A program made the position numbers and the translations under genes. From NCBI GenBank assembly GCA_965219685.1, contig CBDCOH010000002.1, forward strand, positions 3,296,001 through 3,360,000: DNA of 64,000 bases, written 5' to 3'. Under the pieces are notes generated by a model. That model made no database searches. It was not told where the DNA came from and worked only from the letters and a program-made list of their open reading frames with translations. Origin of the DNA: Candidatus Spongiisociaceae bacterium (GTDB taxonomy: Bacteria; Actinomycetota; Acidimicrobiia; Spongiisociales; Spongiisociaceae). Positions 1-10,071 of this stretch are shown piece after piece (within the stretch, counting starts at the first letter, position 1; each line of letters begins with the position of its first letter).

Positions 1-991
1 CCGGGCCAGCCTCCGAGACGCTGACGCCCAGTTCGTCCGCCAGGTCCGCGAGCGTCCGACCGTGCCACTCCGGGTGGTCTCTCGTCGACGCGATGACAAC
101 AGTCTCGGGTGACGTGTTCTCGATACCGCCGTCCACGACGGCTGCCAATCCGGTACTCCCGGCCGTGTACGGATAGTGGTCGGCCGTAACGGTGGGGCCC
201 GCCCGGTCGATCCGGGCCAGAGCATCGCTGACCTTGCCGAAGTTGTGGCTGCCGGCCGCCTTGAGGTGCGAGATCACCACCGGTGTCGAGGCTGCCTGCC
301 CGATCCCGATGGCCTCATCCACGGCCTCGATCAACCGGTCGCCCTCGTTCCGAATATGCGACGCGTAGATACCCCCGGCCTCGCCGACCGGGCCCGCCAA
401 CTCCGCGATCTCCTCCGGGGTCGCGTACCGTCCGGGCTCGTACACCAAGCCGGTCGACATGCCGACGCAGCCGGCCGCCAGAGCATCGGCGACCAGGCCG
501 GACATCTCGGCTATCTGGCCGGGGCTCGGCTCGCCCGGACCCCGTCCGACCACACCCTCCCTCAACGTTCCGTGGCCGACCAACGCCGCAACGTTCACCG
601 AGGCCGGGCAGGCGTCCAGGTAGTCGAAGTAGTCCTGGAAGTCGGTCCACTCGGGGACTTCGGCCTCACCGTGGATCATGCGCACGAAGAATTCGTTCCA
701 GCGCTTAGGAGCCGCCCCGACCCCGCAGTTGCCGACCACGACGGTCGTGACGCCGCCCATGATCTTGAATTGCATGTCCGGGTAGAGCGCTACCGCGTAG
801 TCGTCGTGGCTGTGGGTGTCTATGAAGCCGGGAGCGAGGACCAGTCCGGCGGCATCGCAAGAGGGACCGCTCCCAACCCCGACCTCGCCGACCGATCGGA
901 TACGGTCGCCGTCGACTTCCACATCCGATTCGAACATCGGGGCACCTGTGCCGTCGGCTACCAGCGCCCCCCGTATCACGAACCGCGCCAT
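1..991 (-). CDS. N-acyl-D-amino-acid deacylase / amidohydrolase family (3' end runs off the window)
   Basis: Not in the ORF track. Manual translation from ATG at 991 gives MARFVIRGALVADGTGAP...LVLAPGFIDTHSHDD...GGVTTVVVGNCG, the D-aminoacylase N-terminus with the HxH metal motif. Confidence 0.88.
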   Translation of the reverse strand, partial: MARFVIRGALVADGTGAPMFESDVEVDGDRIRSVGEVGVGSGPSCDAAGLVLAPGFIDTHSHDDYAVALYPDMQFKIMGGVTTVVVGNCGVGAAPKRWNEFFVRMIHGEAEVPEWTDFQDYFDYLDACPASVNVAALVGHGTLREGVVGRGPGEPSPGQIAEMSGLVADALAAGCVGMSTGLVYEPGRYATPEEIAELAGPVGEAGGIYASHIRNEGDRLIEAVDEAIGIGQAASTPVVISHLKAAGSHNFGKVSDALARIDRAGPTVTADHYPYTAGSTGLAAVVDGGIENTSPETVVIASTRDHPEWHGRTLADLADELGVSVSEAGP

Positions 992-1061
992 GACGGAAGG
1001 TTAGCCATCGACCTATTGGCGAGCCCTCGTGGATCTCCCGGATGTCGTGTTGGACTCCGCC

Positions 1062-3386
1062 TTACGCTCTCGAGCGCGCGTCCCGGATGAGCCGCCATAT
1101 CCTCTCAGGCCTCATCGGGAGACGGGTCGGCCTGGCACCCGTGGCGTCATACACGGCGTTGGCGATGGCAGCAGCACTCGGGCCGATGGGCGGCTCCCCG
1201 ATCCCGCGGGCGCCGTACGGGCCGAGTCCCTCCCCCGACTCGATCACCACGGCTTGCATCCCGGGAAGGTCCGCGGCGGTCGGAACCAGGTACTGCGACA
1301 GCGCTCCCGATGTGGCGACCCCGGAATCTAGGGTCACCTCTTCGGAAAGGGCCTGGCCGATGCCCTGGACGGCCCCACCGATGATCTGCCCTTCCACCGT
1401 GGTCGGGTTGATGGCGCGGCCCACGTCGTGCGAGGCGATGTAGTCGAGCAGGGTGACCTTCCCGGTACGGCGGTCGACCTCCACGTCGGCGAGGTGCGTA
1501 CCGAACGTGAAATCGGGGAAGAAACGGGGGGCGTCCAAGTCGCTGGTGGTGGCCGTCCCGCCGGGACCGAAGTACGTGTGGTGCACGAAGGTGGTCTCTC
1601 CCAGCGCGGCGGCTCTGGCGAGGACGTCGACCAGCGGGATCTCGACGTTGGCGGACTTCACGCTCCCGCCGACCATGGTGAGCGCCTCGACCGGTTCGGC
1701 GGTGAGCGTGGCCGCCATTCGCAAGATCTTGTCCCGCAGGGCCACCGCGCCGTCGTGCACGGCGTTGCCCGACATGTATAGCATCCGGGTGGCGGTGGTC
1801 GTGCCGGCCCTGGGGGTCCGGGCCGAGTCGCCGAAGTGGACGGTGATGTCACGTGTCGGGACGCCCAGTACCTCTGCGGCGATCTGGGTGAGAGCTGACG
1901 CCTGCCCGGCGCCGATGTCCTGTATCCCGATCCTCACCACGACGCTCCCGTCCTGCTCGAACCCGATCCAGACCGAAGCCGTGTCGTTGAGCCACACCAG
2001 CCTGCCGTAGGACTGAATGTTGGAGGCAATCCCCCGCCCTACCAGGGCATCCGCATGCGATGGCTCCGGAAGGGGACCGCAGGCTGCCAGGACCGCGTCG
2101 ATCGTCTCGCCCAGGAGGACCTCCGTGAGCAACTGCTGGCCGACGGGGAGGGAGTCGCCCTTGGCCAGCGCGTTCTGCTTGCGGATCGACGCGCGACCCA
2201 GACCCAGCTTCTCTGCCAGCCGGTCGATCTGGGACTCGTAGCCGAACACGACCTGCATCCCTCCGAACCCTCTGAAGGCCGAGCAGGGCGGATTGTTGGT
2301 GTAAACGGCCCGGGAACGGATGCGCACGTTCGGCGTCCTGTAGGGACCGCAGGCCATGACCGACGCATACAGGAGAACCAGGGAACTGAGATAGGCGTAG
2401 GCGCCCGCATCGGCCGTGATCGTGATGTCCTGTGCGGTGATCTTCCCGTCGGCATCGGCAGCGGTCCGGTACTGCATGACCATCGGATGCCGTTTCGGCC
2501 GGGCGACGAGTGATTCCTGGCGGGTCCACACCATCCGGACAGGCCGCTTGAGGAGGTGTACGACCAAGCCGAGGTATGGTTCGACCGTCATGTCCTCCTT
2601 GCCCCCGAAGCCACCCCCCACGTAGGGCGCGATTACCCGCACCTTCGAGTGCGGGATCCCGAGCACCTTCGCAACACCGCGAAAGTGCTCAACTACCTGC
2701 GTCGAGACCCTGAGCGTGATTACGCCCTCGTCGTCTAGGAATGCCATGCCGGCCTCCGGCTCCAGGTACGCGTGGTCGACGAACTGGGTGGTGTATGTGT
2801 CCTCGACGGTCACAGAAGGCTGCGCGAAGGCAGCCTCCACATCGCCCCGGTCGACGGACCACTCAGCGAGAAGGTTGGAGCCCTCGTGGACGGATGGGGC
2901 CCCTTCACGAAGAGCATCGAACGGGTCGTATACACCGTCGCGAGCCTCGTACTCGATGTCGAGAGCCTCCTCGGCGGCGCTGAACACGTCTTCGGTCTCG
3001 GCCACGATGAGGGCTACGGGTTCGCCCTGGAACCTCACCCGGTCGGTGGCGAGTATCTGGGCCCGCGCCTTGAGGGAAGCAACCTCCGTCTCCTGGCCGG
3101 GCACGTCCACCCAGATCTCGTTGTTGGGAACGTCCTCTCCCAGAAGGACAGCGACCACGCCCGGAACCTCAAGGGCTGCGGAGATGTCACGTCTCAGGAT
3201 GTGGGCGCATGGCAGGGGCGCACGCACCAACCGTGCGTGCAACAGACCATGGGGGTTGACATCGGCCGCGTAGCGCGTAGTTCCGGCAACTTTCTCCTCG
3301 GCATCGTGCCGGCGGATCGGTTCATTGACGATCTGGAGTTCGTCCGCTTTGGAGCTCCTGACCTCGTCCCACGCCAGGTCAGCCAC
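1062..3386 (-). CDS. xanthine dehydrogenase family molybdopterin-binding subunit
   Basis: GGGFGGK, AFRGFG, VEGQIIGG and GIGEPP (catalytic Glu) motifs. The GTG start overlaps the upstream Fe-S gene stop. Confidence 0.93.
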   Translation of the reverse strand: MADLAWDEVRSSKADELQIVNEPIRRHDAEEKVAGTTRYAADVNPHGLLHARLVRAPLPCAHILRRDISAALEVPGVVAVLLGEDVPNNEIWVDVPGQETEVASLKARAQILATDRVRFQGEPVALIVAETEDVFSAAEEALDIEYEARDGVYDPFDALREGAPSVHEGSNLLAEWSVDRGDVEAAFAQPSVTVEDTYTTQFVDHAYLEPEAGMAFLDDEGVITLRVSTQVVEHFRGVAKVLGIPHSKVRVIAPYVGGGFGGKEDMTVEPYLGLVVHLLKRPVRMVWTRQESLVARPKRHPMVMQYRTAADADGKITAQDITITADAGAYAYLSSLVLLYASVMACGPYRTPNVRIRSRAVYTNNPPCSAFRGFGGMQVVFGYESQIDRLAEKLGLGRASIRKQNALAKGDSLPVGQQLLTEVLLGETIDAVLAACGPLPEPSHADALVGRGIASNIQSYGRLVWLNDTASVWIGFEQDGSVVVRIGIQDIGAGQASALTQIAAEVLGVPTRDITVHFGDSARTPRAGTTTATRMLYMSGNAVHDGAVALRDKILRMAATLTAEPVEALTMVGGSVKSANVEIPLVDVLARAAALGETTFVHHTYFGPGGTATTSDLDAPRFFPDFTFGTHLADVEVDRRTGKVTLLDYIASHDVGRAINPTTVEGQIIGGAVQGIGQALSEEVTLDSGVATSGALSQYLVPTAADLPGMQAVVIESGEGLGPYGARGIGEPPIGPSAAAIANAVYDATGARPTRLPMRPERIWRLIRDARSRA

Positions 3387-3849
3387 TGTGCTTCTCCGAC
3401 ACCGAGAGGATCGCATCGACTATGGACTGGTAGCCGGTGCACCTGCAGAGGTTGCCGTGGAGAGCATGGCGGATTTCGGAGGCAGCGGGTCGGTCGCCGC
3501 GGGCCAGCAGTTCGGAAGCGGTCAGGAGCATTCCCGGGGTGCAGAACCCGCACTGGGCAGCTCCGTGCTCGACGAAAGCATCCTGGAGTTCGGTGAAACC
3601 CTCCGATCCCAGCCCGGAGAGGGTCTGGACACTGCACCCGTCCACCTGGGCAGCCAGCACCGAGCACGAACTGACCACCATGCCGTCGAGGAGGACCGTG
3701 CACGTGCCGCACACGCCCTCGCCGCATCCGTACTTGACATCAAGGACCGAGGCTTCGTCCCGGAGCCATCGAAGGAGCGTGTAGTAACCAGGAGCCGTTC
3801 GTGTCACATCGGCGCCGTTCAGCTTGATGGTGACCGTGATCGTTCTCAT
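3379..3849 (-). CDS. xanthine dehydrogenase/CoxS-type 2x[2Fe-2S] subunit
   Basis: GCGEGVCGTCTV, QCGFC and GNLCRCTGY motifs. Confidence 0.95.
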   Translation of the reverse strand: MRTITVTIKLNGADVTRTAPGYYTLLRWLRDEASVLDVKYGCGEGVCGTCTVLLDGMVVSSCSVLAAQVDGCSVQTLSGLGSEGFTELQDAFVEHGAAQCGFCTPGMLLTASELLARGDRPAASEIRHALHGNLCRCTGYQSIVDAILSVSEKHSG

Positions 3850-4706
3850 GCCGCCTGCCTGGCTCCCATCGCGTCCCCGACGGCCCGACTCAACATGACG
3901 CCTGCCACATGGCCCCGGTACTCACTGGACTCGGCACCATCCATCACGTAGGGTGCATCCTCGATCGCCAGCGGTTCTGCGGCCGGGAGTTCGGAGAATG
4001 TCCGGCCGAGGGCAGCCCTCTCGTACGCGGTGCACCGGAACGGTCCGCTCCCGGTACCCGTTATCCCGGCCCGGATGGCTGCTATCTCACCGTCCTCGAC
4101 CTTCACCAATGCTCCAGCCGCCGCTACGGCGAAGTCACCCGGCCGGTAAGAGAACTCCCGGAAGCCCCACGACCACCCGGAGGGCAGCGGCACTCTGACC
4201 TCCGTCATGACCTCGAACTCGCCTATTGCGGTTTCGAACGGCCCCACGCTGAACTCCGAGGCACGCACCGACCTTGTGTTGACCCCATCTGTCAGTCGAT
4301 AACACGCATCGAGAAGCGTCATCACGAGAGGGAGCTCGGCAGCAGGGTCGTTGTGAACGAGCGATCCCCCGACCGTACCCATATTGCGGACTCTCGCGTT
4401 GCCGACGAAGTCCAGGGCCGTGACCAGCAACGGGAGGCAGTTCCGAACGCCTTCGGACTCGGCTACGGCTCGATAGGTGGCCATGGCACCGATAGTCATC
4501 TGCCCACCATCGAAGTTGATCGATCTGAGTGAGGCTATGTGACCCAGGTCGATAAGGATTTCAGGAGCTACCAGCCCGAGGTTCACGAGAGGTAGCAGGC
4601 TCTGGCCACCCGCCAGGAACCTTGCATTGTCGCCCTCCGCGCGAGCGATCTCAATCGCCTCTGCGACCGAGCCGGCTCGTTCATAGGTGAAGGGTCTGAC
4701 TGACAA
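3846..4706 (-). CDS. xanthine dehydrogenase/CoxM-type FAD-binding subunit
   Basis: LAGGQSLLP and RNMGTVGGSLVHNDPAAE motifs; 4-bp overlap with the Fe-S gene. Confidence 0.93.
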   Translation of the reverse strand: MSVRPFTYERAGSVAEAIEIARAEGDNARFLAGGQSLLPLVNLGLVAPEILIDLGHIASLRSINFDGGQMTIGAMATYRAVAESEGVRNCLPLLVTALDFVGNARVRNMGTVGGSLVHNDPAAELPLVMTLLDACYRLTDGVNTRSVRASEFSVGPFETAIGEFEVMTEVRVPLPSGWSWGFREFSYRPGDFAVAAAGALVKVEDGEIAAIRAGITGTGSGPFRCTAYERAALGRTFSELPAAEPLAIEDAPYVMDGAESSEYRGHVAGVMLSRAVGDAMGARQAA

Positions 4707-4841
4707 GGCCGCCTTCCCTGCAGAAGTCTCGGAGGGCGCTGGAAAGCCCGTACAAGAGTGGCTTGCTAGGGAGCCCGCAACATTTCTGGCTAGTGCCTCC
4801 CACCGAGCGAACCCGCTGGATCCATCTGAGCGGCCTCCTAC

Positions 4842-4877
4842 AACGTACGGTAGTCCGACGAGGATTCACCGTACGTT
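4842..4877 (-). terminator. hairpin downstream of the FAD oxidoreductase (terminator or processing stem)
   Basis: Perfect inverted repeat AACGTACGGT (4842-4851) / ACCGTACGTT (4868-4877) abutting the stop codon. Confidence 0.5.
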
Positions 4878-6052
4878 CACCAGAGTTGGGTGCCTGAGGT
4901 CTCCCCGTAGTAGAAGGGACCTTCCCGGAACTGGAAGGATCCCCCGTCGTAGTCGTCGAAGCGGCGCGCCTCGGCGGCTTCGATGTCATAAAACGGCTCC
5001 TTGCCCAGCATGAGCTGTGCCACCGCTTCGGCAGCCGCCACCCTCTGGACGCCGCCACCTCCGAAACCGGTCGCCACGAACAGGCCGTCCGGTCCGAACC
5101 GGCCCAGCAGGGGCCAGGCGTCGGGTGTGGAGACGAGGGCCCCCGCCCATCCACCCGCCACCCCGGCGGCCTCGAGAATCGGGATCCGTCTCCGGACCAG
5201 CCCGATCCATCTGCCGATCTCCTGCTTATCGGGATGGCGCGGGAAACGCTCCACGTCCACACCGATGTGGGTGGGCGGCAGACCGAGCAGCAGGGCTCTC
5301 GAGTCGCGGGGCATCAGGTAGTGACCGGCCTCGAACTCGGACATGAACCGGAGGCCACCATGATCGCCGACCAGGATGAGTGCCTGCAGCACGAAGCTCT
5401 CGGTTGGGAGGTGGATCCGGCTTCTGGCCAGCAACGGGCGGGACCAGGCCCCCGCCGCAACCAAGACCCGAGGGGCGCGGATCGTCTCGCCGGCCACCAC
5501 CACACCCTTCACCCGGCCATCGGAAAGGGCCAACCGCTCTGCCGGACAGCCTTCCCATATCTCGGCGCCGGAGTTCCGGGCCATGGCGCCCAGGACGACA
5601 GTGAGATTCTGGGATCGCACGAACCCGTCGCCGGCGGTGTAGTAGCCGGCAGACAGGTCGTCGGTGAACAGGTTGGGCCAGCGAAGGGCAATCTCGCATG
5701 GTTCCAGGTACTCGCCGGCCACGTCCAGGCCGGCCGCCTGTTCCGCCCTGGCGCGGAAGGCGCGGGCGCCGTCGCGGCCCGTTGCCAGCTGCAGCCCGCC
5801 GACCTCGTGGAACCGGACCGCGCCTCCGGTCCGACGATCCAGGTCGTCGACGATAGCTCGCGTCCTGCGGAGAACCTCCAGGTTCACAGGGGAGGTCGAC
5901 TCCTGGGGAACATGGCCGGCCGCCAGGGCGCTCGACTCTGCTGCCACAGTGCCCCGGTCCAGCACGGCCACTTCGAAGCCCCCTTCAGCCAGCCTCCACG
6001 CGGCCAGCAGACCGGGGAGTCCGGCGCCGACGACCAGTGCGTCGAGACTCAT
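4877..6052 (-). CDS. FAD-dependent oxidoreductase, DAO / sarcosine oxidase beta-like
   Basis: MSLDALVVGAGLPG Rossmann start, AAGAWS, TPDAWPLLG and ATGFGGGG motifs. Start trimmed from the track's 6319. Confidence 0.88.
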   Translation of the reverse strand: MSLDALVVGAGLPGLLAAWRLAEGGFEVAVLDRGTVAAESSALAAGHVPQESTSPVNLEVLRRTRAIVDDLDRRTGGAVRFHEVGGLQLATGRDGARAFRARAEQAAGLDVAGEYLEPCEIALRWPNLFTDDLSAGYYTAGDGFVRSQNLTVVLGAMARNSGAEIWEGCPAERLALSDGRVKGVVVAGETIRAPRVLVAAGAWSRPLLARSRIHLPTESFVLQALILVGDHGGLRFMSEFEAGHYLMPRDSRALLLGLPPTHIGVDVERFPRHPDKQEIGRWIGLVRRRIPILEAAGVAGGWAGALVSTPDAWPLLGRFGPDGLFVATGFGGGGVQRVAAAEAVAQLMLGKEPFYDIEAAEARRFDDYDGGSFQFREGPFYYGETSGTQLW

Positions 6053-6059
6053 GCGGGTG

Positions 6060-7088
6060 TCAGCCCTTCGAGTCCATTGCCAGGCGGTGAGGAGGTAGCA
6101 GGTCGAGTTCGTCGTTGCGGACGCAGGCGCTCCGGTGACCCTGTCCGACCTCGGCAAGCGGCGGGACCGCGCCCGAGCACCGGTCTTCCGCGTAGGGGCA
6201 TCGCGGATGGAAGCGGCATCCGGCCGGGATCCCGACGATGTCCCCGATGTCGCCCCTGACTCCCAGTTCGGGCGGCTCGTCATGGGGGTCCGGTACCGGG
6301 ATGGCCGTGACCAGCGCATGCGTGTAGGGGTTGGCTGGGCGCCCGATCACCTGGTCGGCCGAGCCCTCCTCCACCACCTTGCCGAGATACATCACGGCGA
6401 TGCGATCAGCGATCTCCCACGCCACCGACAGGTCGTGAGTGACGAACAGCAGGGTCATCCGGTGGCTCTCCTTGAGCCTCACGAACAGGGAGAGGATGTC
6501 GGAACGCACCGACACGTCAAGCATCGACACCGGCTCGTCCGCTATGAGCAACTCAGGTCGCAGGACGATCGCAGCCGCGATGGAGACCCTCTGGCGCTGC
6601 CCACCCGACAGTTGATGGGGAAACAGCTTGGCGAACTCGGCGGCCGGTTCCAGCCCGCACTCCTCCAGGGCTTCGTGGACTCTCGTTTCGAGTCCGGCCC
6701 GGGACGCTTCCAGTTTGTGGACCCGCAGAGGCTGGGCGACGATCGAGAAGATCGACTGGCGGCGGTCGAACGACTCGAAAGGATCCTGGAACACGTACTG
6801 CACCCGTCGCCGCATAGCGCGCAGCTCGCTCCTGGGAAGCTGCGCCACGTCGACCTCGCCGAACCGGACCGAACCCGACGTGATGGGCGCCAGGTGACCG
6901 ATGGCTCGTACCAGCGTCGTCTTGCCCGAACCCGACTCCCCCACTATGCAAAGCGTCTCCCCGGCGAAGATGTCGAGGTCGACACCGTCCACGGCTCGCA
7001 CGGCGTCCCCGACCCGGCGCGAGCGCTTGAAGTGCACGTTCAGATCGCGGACCGTGACGAACGCAGGTGCGGCTGCTCGCTCAGGCAT
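6060..7088 (-). CDS. oligopeptide/dipeptide ABC transporter ATP-binding protein (DppF-like)
   Basis: GESGSGKT, LSGGQRQR, ADEPVSMLD and the C-terminal GCRFHPRC motif. Confidence 0.95.
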   Translation of the reverse strand: MPERAAAPAFVTVRDLNVHFKRSRRVGDAVRAVDGVDLDIFAGETLCIVGESGSGKTTLVRAIGHLAPITSGSVRFGEVDVAQLPRSELRAMRRRVQYVFQDPFESFDRRQSIFSIVAQPLRVHKLEASRAGLETRVHEALEECGLEPAAEFAKLFPHQLSGGQRQRVSIAAAIVLRPELLIADEPVSMLDVSVRSDILSLFVRLKESHRMTLLFVTHDLSVAWEIADRIAVMYLGKVVEEGSADQVIGRPANPYTHALVTAIPVPDPHDEPPELGVRGDIGDIVGIPAGCRFHPRCPYAEDRCSGAVPPLAEVGQGHRSACVRNDELDLLPPHRLAMDSKG

Positions 7089-8058
7089 CGGCGCGTTCTC
7101 CGTCGCCGTATAGGTGGCAGGTCGCGACCTGGGTACCCGCGAACCGGGTCCATCCGGGCACCTGGATCGAGCAGACCTCCATGGAGTCGGGGCACCTCGG
7201 GTGGAAGCGGCACCCGGCGGGAGGCCGGACCAGGGAAGGCGGGGTTCCGGGAATGCCGTGGGACTTGCCGCGGCCCCTCGCGAAGTTGGGCACCGACTCG
7301 AGCAACGCCCGCGTGTACGGATGCTTGGGGTGGTCGTAGATCTCCTCCACGCTGCCCTCTTCCACGGCCCGCGCCGCGTAGAGCACCACCACCCGGTCGC
7401 ACAGGCGGGCGACCACGCCGAGGTCGTGGGTGATGAACAGGATCGTGAGGTCGAGGACCTCCCGCAGGTTCTCGAGAAGTCTCAGGATCCGGGCCTGGAC
7501 GATCACGTCGAGGGCGGTGACCGGCTCGTCGGCGATCAGCAGCGCCGGACGACCGCTGAGGGCCATGGCGATCCCGGCCCGCTGGCGCATCCCGCCCGAG
7601 TACTCGTACGGGTAGGCCCGGTGCCGGTCTCCGGGAATCCCCACCAGCGCGAGCAGTTCGTGAGCGCGTTCAGCTGCGCCGGCTTTGGAGATGTCGGGCT
7701 CGTGGGTGAGGATCGGCTCCGCAACCTGGTCGAGCACCCTCCGGACCGGATTGAGCGAGTTCATAGCTCCCTGGAAGACCATGCCCATGCGGAGGCCCCT
7801 GACCATCCGCCACCCGGTCTCGTCCAGCCCCGTCATCTCGGCCCCGTCGAATCGGATGGACCCGCCGGTCACGGCCCCGTTACGCGGTAGGAGCCCCATC
7901 ATCGCCAGGGCCAGGGTCGACTTCCCCGAACCGCTCTCGCCGACCAGTCCCACCACCGAACCGGTCTCGATGTCGAAGCTCACCTGGTCGGCGGCCCGTA
8001 TGACCCTTCCGGCCCTGCGGTACTCCACGGTGAGATCTCTGATGGTGAGGAGGGCCAC
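7081..8058 (-). CDS. oligopeptide/dipeptide ABC transporter ATP-binding protein (DppD-like)
   Basis: GESGSGKS, YSGGMRQR, ADEPVTALD and GCRFHPRC motifs. Confidence 0.95.
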   Translation of the reverse strand: MALLTIRDLTVEYRRAGRVIRAADQVSFDIETGSVVGLVGESGSGKSTLALAMMGLLPRNGAVTGGSIRFDGAEMTGLDETGWRMVRGLRMGMVFQGAMNSLNPVRRVLDQVAEPILTHEPDISKAGAAERAHELLALVGIPGDRHRAYPYEYSGGMRQRAGIAMALSGRPALLIADEPVTALDVIVQARILRLLENLREVLDLTILFITHDLGVVARLCDRVVVLYAARAVEEGSVEEIYDHPKHPYTRALLESVPNFARGRGKSHGIPGTPPSLVRPPAGCRFHPRCPDSMEVCSIQVPGWTRFAGTQVATCHLYGDGERADA

Positions 8059-8065
8059 AGCTTGT

Positions 8066-8971
8066 CTACTCCTCCCGGCGGCGTGGGTCGATGACATCGG
8101 CCAAGGCGTTGCCGATCAGCGTGAAGGACAGGACCATGAGGGTGATGAGAAGGCCGGGCGGGATCAGCACCCACCAGTATCCCAACGAGGTCGCGCCGGA
8201 ACTGAAGGCGTTCTGGAGCATCTTCCCCCAGGAGATGAGTGACGGGTCTCCCAATCCGAGGAAGGCCAGCACCGCTTCGGTGAGGATGGCGGCGGCGGTC
8301 AGCAGGATGGCGTTGGCGAGAACTATCCCCGCCACGTTGGGAAGCACATGCGTCCACATGATGTGCAGGGGGCGCATCCCGATCGCCTTGGCCCGCAGGA
8401 TGAAAGTACGTTCTCGTTGGCTGAGAACCTCGGCCCGGATGAGGCGGGCCGGTACCGCCCAACTCGTCACGCCGATCACCACGATGATGGTGGGAAGGCC
8501 ACGGGAAAGCACCGCGGCGAGGACGATGATCAAGGGAAGGGCCGGGATCGTTATGAACATGTCCGTGATACCCATGGCGGCCTGGTCGAAACGGCCACCG
8601 ATGTACCCGCTGGTGATCCCCACGACGCTGCCGATTAGAACCGCAATGGCGGTAGCCGCCACACCGACCGCCAGCGAGATCCCGGCCCCCACGGCCAACT
8701 GTTCCCACACCGAACGGCCCAAGTTGTCCGTTCCCAGCAGGTAATCCACGGATGGCGCCCGGAAACGGTCCTCCACGGTCTCTCCGGCTGCCGGCGGGTT
8801 CTCGTAGGCGAGGAAGCCCGCCACCCCGTACACAAGGAACGCGGCCAGGAGCATCATGCCGATCTTGCCCCGGCCGGTCCGCCAGAGCTCGAGCAGCGCA
8901 CCGCCCCGCTCCCTCACGGTCCGGTCCCCAACCGCCGGTTCGCCGGCCGATGCCGCGTCCGGAGCGCTCAT
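8066..8971 (-). CDS. peptide ABC transporter permease (DppC-like)
   Basis: LLGTDNLGRS, EAA-loop region, LAFLGLGDP..SWG and WWVLIPPG motifs. The start at MSAPDAAS overlaps the upstream stop. Confidence 0.93.
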   Translation of the reverse strand: MSAPDAASAGEPAVGDRTVRERGGALLELWRTGRGKIGMMLLAAFLVYGVAGFLAYENPPAAGETVEDRFRAPSVDYLLGTDNLGRSVWEQLAVGAGISLAVGVAATAIAVLIGSVVGITSGYIGGRFDQAAMGITDMFITIPALPLIIVLAAVLSRGLPTIIVVIGVTSWAVPARLIRAEVLSQRERTFILRAKAIGMRPLHIMWTHVLPNVAGIVLANAILLTAAAILTEAVLAFLGLGDPSLISWGKMLQNAFSSGATSLGYWWVLIPPGLLITLMVLSFTLIGNALADVIDPRRREE

Positions 8972-10020
8972 GACGATCTGATCCGCGGGTCGAGACGAGA
9001 ATAGAACAGGTCGGCGACCATGGTGGCGATCACCACGATCACCGCGATGACGAAGAAGGCCGCCTCCAGCAGCGGCAGATCCCTGTCCTGCACCGCCTCG
9101 TACATGAGAAGCCCGAGCCCGGGCCACGAGAAGACAACCTCGGTCTGGATGGTCCCGGCCATGAGCAGGCCGAGGGTGAGGGCCATCAGGGTGAAGGTGG
9201 GCAGGAAGGCGTTCCGCACGCCGTAGCGCCACAGGATCGTGCGGGGCCGCAGACCCCGCGCCCTGGCCGCCAGCATGTAGTCCTCGTCGGCCACCTCCGC
9301 CAGCGAGTTCCGCATGATCAGGGCGATCGACCCCACGCTCACGATGGCGATGGTGGCGGCGGGGAGCACCAGATGTTCCACCACGTCCCATACCTCGTCC
9401 AACGGAGTCCGGTAGATGGCGGCCACGGACCGTATCCCGGCTACGGGAAGCCAACCGAGACTGATGCTGAACAGCAGGACCAGCATCAGGCCCACCCAGA
9501 AGGTGGGAAGGCTCCACAGGGTCAGGGCGGTCAGCGTGAGGGAGGTGTCCGTGCGGGTGCCCCGCCGCCAGCCGGCCACGATGCCGAACGCCAGACCGAA
9601 CACGAAGATGAGCACCAACGCCGCCCCCGTCAGGATGAGCGTGTTGGAGAGCGCCGGCCTGAGCAGATCGGTCACCGGCATGCGGGCCTTGAACGAGATG
9701 CCCGTGTCGAACCGGACGATCTTGGTCAGGTAGGTCAGGTATTGCTGCCAGGCGGGCTCGTTCAGACCGAACGACTCCCGGAGCTGTTCGAAGGCCTCTG
9801 GGCTGAGCCGGCTCTCCCGGGCGATGAGCCGCGCCGGGTCACCGGGGAGCATCCGGAACAGCCAGAAGTTGAACGTCGCCACCATGAACAGGGTGATGAA
9901 CGCCTGCAGGACGCGGCGCGCCGGGTAGCTGCGCAACCAGCGCCACCTGACCGGCCGCTCGATGGGGACGTCGGCCAGCCGGGAACCGGCCGACGCTCCC
10001 CTAACGCTCGGCGAACTCAC
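8968..10020 (-). CDS. peptide ABC transporter permease (DppB-like)
   Basis: LPGDPA, HLVLPA, EVVFSWPGLG and DPRIR motifs; start uncertain. Confidence 0.93.
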   Translation of the reverse strand: MSSPSVRGASAGSRLADVPIERPVRWRWLRSYPARRVLQAFITLFMVATFNFWLFRMLPGDPARLIARESRLSPEAFEQLRESFGLNEPAWQQYLTYLTKIVRFDTGISFKARMPVTDLLRPALSNTLILTGAALVLIFVFGLAFGIVAGWRRGTRTDTSLTLTALTLWSLPTFWVGLMLVLLFSISLGWLPVAGIRSVAAIYRTPLDEVWDVVEHLVLPAATIAIVSVGSIALIMRNSLAEVADEDYMLAARARGLRPRTILWRYGVRNAFLPTFTLMALTLGLLMAGTIQTEVVFSWPGLGLLMYEAVQDRDLPLLEAAFFVIAVIVVIATMVADLFYSRLDPRIRSS

Positions 10021-10071
10021 CCTCGCGGCATGGCGGTCACCAAAAGAACCGGCCTACCTCCAGCGGTTCGA

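Noticed and set aside
176-1090. 304-aa plus-strand ORF
   Set aside because: Antisense shadow of the D-aminoacylase; no motifs.
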